Shown: in pieces, positions 56,426-58,233 of the stretch
Layout of the letters: each line of letters begins with the position of its first letter
Position numbering within the stretch: the stretch's first letter is position 1
DNA from: Terriglobia bacterium
GTDB taxonomy: Bacteria; Acidobacteriota; Terriglobia; 20CM-2-55-15
Assembly (NCBI GenBank): GCA_036274645.1
Contig: DASUFH010000292.1
Coordinates: forward strand, 1 to 58,233
Length of the DNA stretch: 58,233 bases
Direction: 5' to 3'
Notes under the pieces: model-generated
Seen by the model: the letters and a program-made list of their open reading frames with translations, nothing else
What the model was told of the DNA's origin: nothing
Database searches by the model: none
Made by a program: the position numbers and the translations under genes

Positions 56426-57556
56426 TCAACGGTCGATTTCGCCCAGCACAATGTCGAGAGTTCCGATCACGGCGACCACATCGGCCACCATGTGTCCGAC
56501 CACCATCTGCCGCAGCGCCTGGAGATTCACGAACGACGGCGGCCGGACCCGGGCCCGGTATGCCGTCGTGCTTCCATCGCTGACGATGTAGTAGCCGAGT
56601 TCTCCCTTCGGCGCCTCGATCGAATGATAGATGTCTCCCACCGGCGGCTTGATGATCTTCGACAGCTTGGCCATGATGGGTCCATCGGGAATCTTTTCCA
56701 CGGCCTGCGCCACGATGCGCGCGGACTGTCGCATCTCCTCGATCCGGACCATGTAGCGGTCATAGGTATCGCCGGTTTCGCCGACGGGAATATCGAACTC
56801 GAAATCCGGATAGGCCGAATAGGGCTTGGCCTTGCGCAGGTCCCACGCCACGCCGGACCCTCGGAGCGACGGACCGGTCAGGCCGACGTCGATGGCGTCT
56901 TTGGCGGAAATCGTTCCCACGCCGCGGGTCCGCCCAATCCAGATGCGGTTTTCCGTCAGCAGCGTTTCGTATTCATCGACATGTTTCGGGAACGTGCGGA
57001 GGAACTCCCGGACCTGATCTTCAAAACCTTCATACAACTCATACTGCGCGCCGCCGATGCGGAACATATGCGTGGTCAACCGCGCGCCGCAGTAGTTTTC
57101 AAAAATCTTGAGGATCTCTTCGCGCTCGCGGAACGCGTAGAGAAACACTGTCATTGCGCCGATGTCGAGCGCGTGGGTGCCCAGCCAGAGCAGGTGACTC
57201 GCGATCCGGTTGAGCTCCGTCATGATCACGCGGATGTACTGGGCGCGCTGCGGAACGGTGGCGCCGAGGAGTTTCTCGATGGTTTCACAGTATCCGACGC
57301 AGTTGGATACGGCGGCGATGTAATCCATGCGATCGAGGGTCGGGACGAACTGGCCGTAGGTCTGGACCTCGCCCAGCTTCTCAACTCCCCGGTGCAGATA
57401 GCCGATGACGCACTGCGCGTCGATAACGCGTTCGCCGTCCAGCTTCAATTTGACCTGGAGCACCCCGTGTGTGGACGGGTGCTGCGGGCCCATGCTGACG
57501 GTAATTTCACTGGCGTCGAATAGCGTTTCGTTTGTGGACATAAGCGGTTCGTTCAA
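56426..57556 (-). CDS. nuoD: NADH-quinone oxidoreductase subunit D
   Basis: 376 aa: [31 protein letters not shown], and C-terminal [10 protein letters not shown]. Start is TTG 57556 or ATG 57541. Confidence 0.93.
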   Translation of the reverse strand: MNEPLMSTNETLFDASEITVSMGPQHPSTHGVLQVKLKLDGERVIDAQCVIGYLHRGVEKLGEVQTYGQFVPTLDRMDYIAAVSNCVGYCETIEKLLGATVPQRAQYIRVIMTELNRIASHLLWLGTHALDIGAMTVFLYAFREREEILKIFENYCGARLTTHMFRIGGAQYELYEGFEDQVREFLRTFPKHVDEYETLLTENRIWIGRTRGVGTISAKDAIDVGLTGPSLRGSGVAWDLRKAKPYSAYPDFEFDIPVGETGDTYDRYMVRIEEMRQSARIVAQAVEKIPDGPIMAKLSKIIKPPVGDIYHSIEAPKGELGYYIVSDGSTTAYRARVRPPSFVNLQALRQMVVGHMVADVVAVIGTLDIVLGEIDR

Positions 57557-58233
57557 TCCGTGGGCGTGATGTAGTCTCGATCCTCGGCCCGAGCCTCACC
57601 GACATAGTATTTCTGGCCGGAATCGATACCGAGATGCTTGCGGACCCATTCGACGTCCTGCAGGCGAAGGTTGTAGTCCTTGCGCAGCGGGAAGCCCACC
57701 CAGTCCTCGGGGAGCAGGATGCGCCGCAGGTCGGGATGGCCGGCGTAACGCACGCCGAACATGTCGTAGACTTCGCGCTCCAGCCAGTTCGCCGTGGACC
57801 ACACAGCAACGACGCTTTCGATCTCCTCCCATTCCTTGACCCGGGCCTTGACGCGGATCCGTTCGTTCTTTTCGAACGAATAAAGAATGTAGACGATTTC
57901 GAATTCTTCGTCTTTCGGCCAGTGGACCGCCGTTTCGTCCACGAGGTAGTCGAAAGGAGTCACACTGTTGTCCCGCAGGAACAGCATGATCTCGCCGATC
58001 CGCGCCTTTTTGACGTCGATCTGATTCTGTCCGATGAAACTGTACGCCTTGAGGATTTCGCCCCCGAATTTCTCCTTGAGCGCGTCGACGATCGGGTGCG
58101 ACCAGGGTTCCGGCGCAGGTCCTTTCGGTTTCGGCGGCGCGGCATGCCCCCCGGCAGCGGGTGGTTTCGGCGGTACGGGCGGCGTCCCCGCTGCAGCAGG
58201 TGGTTTCGGCGGCGCCGCAGGCGGTTTGGGCGC
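57553..58233 (-). CDS. nuoC: NADH-quinone oxidoreductase subunit C with Pro/Ala/Lys-rich N-terminal extension; 5' end beyond window
   Basis: The ORF track shows only 57553..57987. The same frame stays open to the window edge. Manual translation: [89 protein letters not shown]... The NuoC core includes [24 protein letters not shown]. Confidence 0.88.
   Translation of the reverse strand, partial: APKPPAAPPKPPAAAGTPPVPPKPPAAGGHAAPPKPKGPAPEPWSHPIVDALKEKFGGEILKAYSFIGQNQIDVKKARIGEIMLFLRDNSVTPFDYLVDETAVHWPKDEEFEIVYILYSFEKNERIRVKARVKEWEEIESVVAVWSTANWLEREVYDMFGVRYAGHPDLRRILLPEDWVGFPLRKDYNLRLQDVEWVRKHLGIDSGQKYYVGEARAEDRDYITPTD

Overview
High-GC, gene-dense chromosomal segment, most likely from an Acidobacteriota genome. 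That assignment is an inference from gene content: a VWFA-related Acidobacterial-type secreted VWA protein, a carboxypeptidase-regulatory-like protein, a DUF6152 gene pair and several GT-C-like membrane proteins. I call about 48 protein genes. I saw no rRNA, tRNA, CRISPR array, transposase or integrase. Recognisable genes include tex (3' end cut by the left edge), a rhomboid protease, a DHH phosphoesterase, an acyl-CoA dehydrogenase, guaA, ku, yggS/yggU, feoAB, pepA, an IorAB-type molybdoenzyme, an M2-like peptidase, an RRM protein, pabB/pabC, and an AMP-ligase/ACP/PlsC fusion. Further genes are an NYN-LOTUS protein and nuoC-D-H-I-J-K-L-M-N, which has no nuoEFG and is cut at the right edge. 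The ORF track uses the longest ATG/GTG/TTG ORF, so I trimmed several starts by hand. Many long ORFs are antisense shadows of real genes. The strongest candidate for something undescribed is a 1161-aa protein just downstream of feoAB. It joins HEAT repeats, a double Clp-type AAA+ ATPase and a full-length RF2-like release-factor module that lacks GGQ and SPF. Secondary oddities include a 142-nt nested palindrome built from TTGTCC repeats and a 5 x 36-bp in-frame tandem repeat inside tex. Others are a ~105-aa Gly/Arg-rich insert in the molybdopterin subunit, a 1106-aa membrane protein with no output domain, 47-bp tandem repeats carrying identical mini-ORFs, and a Fur-box-like palindrome at feoA. 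All domain calls come from reading motifs, not from database searches.
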